DNA of 63,828 nt, counting the filler, from Lenisia limosa (Eukaryota > Protista > Breviatea), in NCBI GenBank assembly GCA_001655205.1. It is 12 parts of 12 records of this genome, joined end to end, with 100 filler letters (N's around TTAATTAATTAA, not from the genome) between each part and the next. Parts side by side here need not be neighbours in the genome. Positions count along the whole stretch, not along the records: positions 60,506 to 63,828 come from LPNZ01007956.1; 11 more parts are not named here. One strand, written 5' to 3'. Both the position numbers and the translations under genes were made by a program. Below, one piece after another: positions 61,570 through 63,828 of this stretch; within the stretch, counting starts at the first letter, position 1; every line of letters begins with the position of its first letter. The notes beneath the pieces were generated by a model that was given only the letters and a program-made list of their open reading frames with translations, ran no database searches and was not told where the DNA came from.

Positions 61570-63747
61570 ATGACTCGACCTCTTTCAAATTAGTTCGTAA
61601 TTTGACGGCATAGGGACATTTGTCGAACTTGTAAGCCTCTTGCCTGTTTCGAGTGAAATAACTAAATGGGCTTATAGTTGAGTAGATATCAATGCAATGG
61701 GAAATAAAAATAAGATAGTATCTGGCCGAAGCCATCCACACCATCACGCTTATNNNNNNNNNNNNNNNNNNNNNNNNNNNNNNNNNNNNNNNNNNNNNNN
61801 NNNNNNNNNNNNNNNNNNNNNNNNCTCTGTGCACACAGTTTTCTGTGCCTCCCCAGCACTATAGTATAATATACTAGCTTTGATATATTATATAGAGAGG
61901 AGAAATAAAACAAGGTTGTATCTTGCCAAATATGATTTTGTGCAGATATTTACACCAATGGTCACCTGTGATTCAGATTTACCTTCAGAATAATAGGCCA
62001 AGACGTGTTGTGGCCAGAGAATATAATGTGTATCTACAGTACATATGATATAGCACAGTAATATACGTATAATTTATATAAAGTGGCTGGAATGATTTCC
62101 CATGACACTATCTCTCACTTAAAATTCGGCAATTAATAGTTAATAGCACAGAGCCCTACTATGAGGGCTGTGCATACCTTGAGAATTCTTCGAAGGCCTT
62201 GTCTTTGATTACACCATAGTCAACAAACTTGTGATTTGTCAGAGCCTGGGGGGGGGGGGGTAAACGAAGAAANNNNNNNNNNNNNNNNNNNNNNNNNNNN
62301 NNNNNNNNNNNNNNNNNNNNNNNNNNNNNNNNNNNNNNNNNNNNNNNNNNNNNNNNNNNNNNNNNNNNNNNNNNNNNNNNNNNNNNNNNNNNNNNNNNAT
62401 AATCAACTTTGTCTGGGAGGGGAGTAAGGAGGAACGGGGTTACTACTTGTTTCTGCTTTAAGAGATGGAAATGAGCTTTGAAATCATCGTCACCATCACC
62501 ATCATACATTGAACATCTACCACCACCACCGAGCTTCATTTCGGTTCATAAAAAGACTGAATTTATCGATAAATCCTCGAAAAAATTATCGATAATTTAC
62601 TTGTCTTTTTTAAACCGAAGTGAAGCCCTAACTACCACATTCTAACACCTCCCCCCCCCCCCCNNNNNNNNNNNNNNNNNNNNNNNNNNNNNNNNNNNNN
62701 NNNNNNNNNNNNNNNNNNNNNNNNNNNNNNNNNNNNNNNNNNNNNNNNNNNNNNNNNNNNNNNNNNNNNNNNNNNNNNNNNNNNNNNNNNNNNNNNNNNN
62801 NNNNNNNNNNNNNNNNNNAGCATTTGGCTGGGAAATTTCGGGTTGTGCTGCAACGGCAGTTTTCTTAGCCTTGGTCTCCACCTGTGATGGTTTTTCAGCT
62901 TCAGATTTCTTTGAGTACTTCTTCCCTCCAGCTAACGCGGGGTTATAATGGTAGCAACAACAAAAAATCATTTGGCTCAACATTTTGAGAAACATTTGAG
63001 GGTTAATTTTTGAACAGATTCGGAGTATCTACATAATATATGTATCAGAGTTCAATTAAGACGTGCAGTACCACGATTTAGGGTCAAAAACAACAAAACA
63101 ACAAACAAATTTCAGGCAAATGAGAGGGGGGGGGGGNNNNNNNNNNNNNNNNNNNNNNNNNNNNNNNNNNNNNNNNNNNNNNNNNNNNNNNNNNNNNNNN
63201 NGCAAATGAGAGGGGGGGGGGGATGTATGTAACACCAAAGCCATTGTACCTGTAAGCTCTGAGGGGCTTGGCGTTCTTTGTGCAGGCGATGTTGACGGAG
63301 ATGGTTGAGATGGCTGCGATGGATCCTCATTTTGCCTCTTAAGTAACTGGACGCTTTGCTGGGACGCTGTGGTCTGTTGTCGTTTTGCCCCTTCCTGCTG
63401 CTCAAGTGCTTGTTTCCTCTGATTAATTTCCTTCTTGAGGCGAATTTGTTCCTTTAACAATGCCTGTTGTTCAGTCATCGGTTGCTCAACGGGGGGTTTC
63501 TGAATTAGTCGAGCTTGTTGCTGTAGCTGTGGTTGTTGGTTCAGCCCTGGAGGAGGATTTACTGCTTGAGAGAAACGAGAAAGTTGTAATGCGTGTTGTT
63601 GCAATGTTTGTTGTTGAAATTGTTGTTGTAATGCTTGCTGTTGCCGAAGAGAACCTGGTTGTTGAGCAGGGTGGTTGTGAGGTATGCCTGGGGGCTGCAT
63701 GCCTGGGGGTTGATAGAACCCTTGATGTGTCGTGAGGGGATACGTAC
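61570..63747 (-). CDS. Gln/Pro-rich protein, partial
   Basis: Exon 63250-63747 is Q/P-rich. Later exons AGGKKYSKKSEAEK, ALTNHKFVDYGVIKDKAFEEFSR|QEAYKFDKCPYAVKLRTNLKE are phase compatible. May continue to ~60800. Confidence 0.65.
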
Positions 63748-63828
63748 CTGGTTTCACGACAGTACCCGGGGATCCCGGGGATACAAGATTCGGCTGATCA
63801 CCAAATACTAAGCGGTCGAACTCGGCGG

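Noticed and set aside
386-62630. Palindromic family A copies and tandem arrays as CRISPR-like repeats
   Set aside because: Copies are dispersed and have TSDs, tandem arrays lack unique spacers, there are no cas genes, and the context is eukaryotic.

Overview
Eukaryotic nuclear DNA from an intron-rich unicellular organism; the gene set (PTEN-like, DOCK, receiver domain, cyclase, cathepsin) looks amoebozoan-like, which is inference only. It is scaffolded from 12 pieces joined by N-padded TTAATTAATTAA linkers, with many further N gaps. The genetic code is standard and introns are GT-AG. About 25 spliced protein genes can be traced by hand, including a guanylyl-type cyclase, cathepsin, PTEN-like phosphatase, TSR2, ELO elongase, DOCK-like GEF, receiver-domain protein, intronless CDC20, POP4, AP-1 sigma, R3H and EVE proteins. 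There is also tRNA-Gly(UCC), an odd tRNA-Phe-like gene and a nest of decayed transposons (Penelope-like RT, Ulp1 protease fragment, pogo/Tc5 transposase). The most striking feature is intron architecture. Introns of 23-39 nt coexist with long introns built from four short repeat families: A, a ~97 bp palindromic hAT-type MITE with 8-bp TSDs (>20 copies); B, a ~130 bp element that repeatedly forms the 3' end of introns in unrelated genes; C; and D. Exon coordinates were read by eye and may be off by a few bases.
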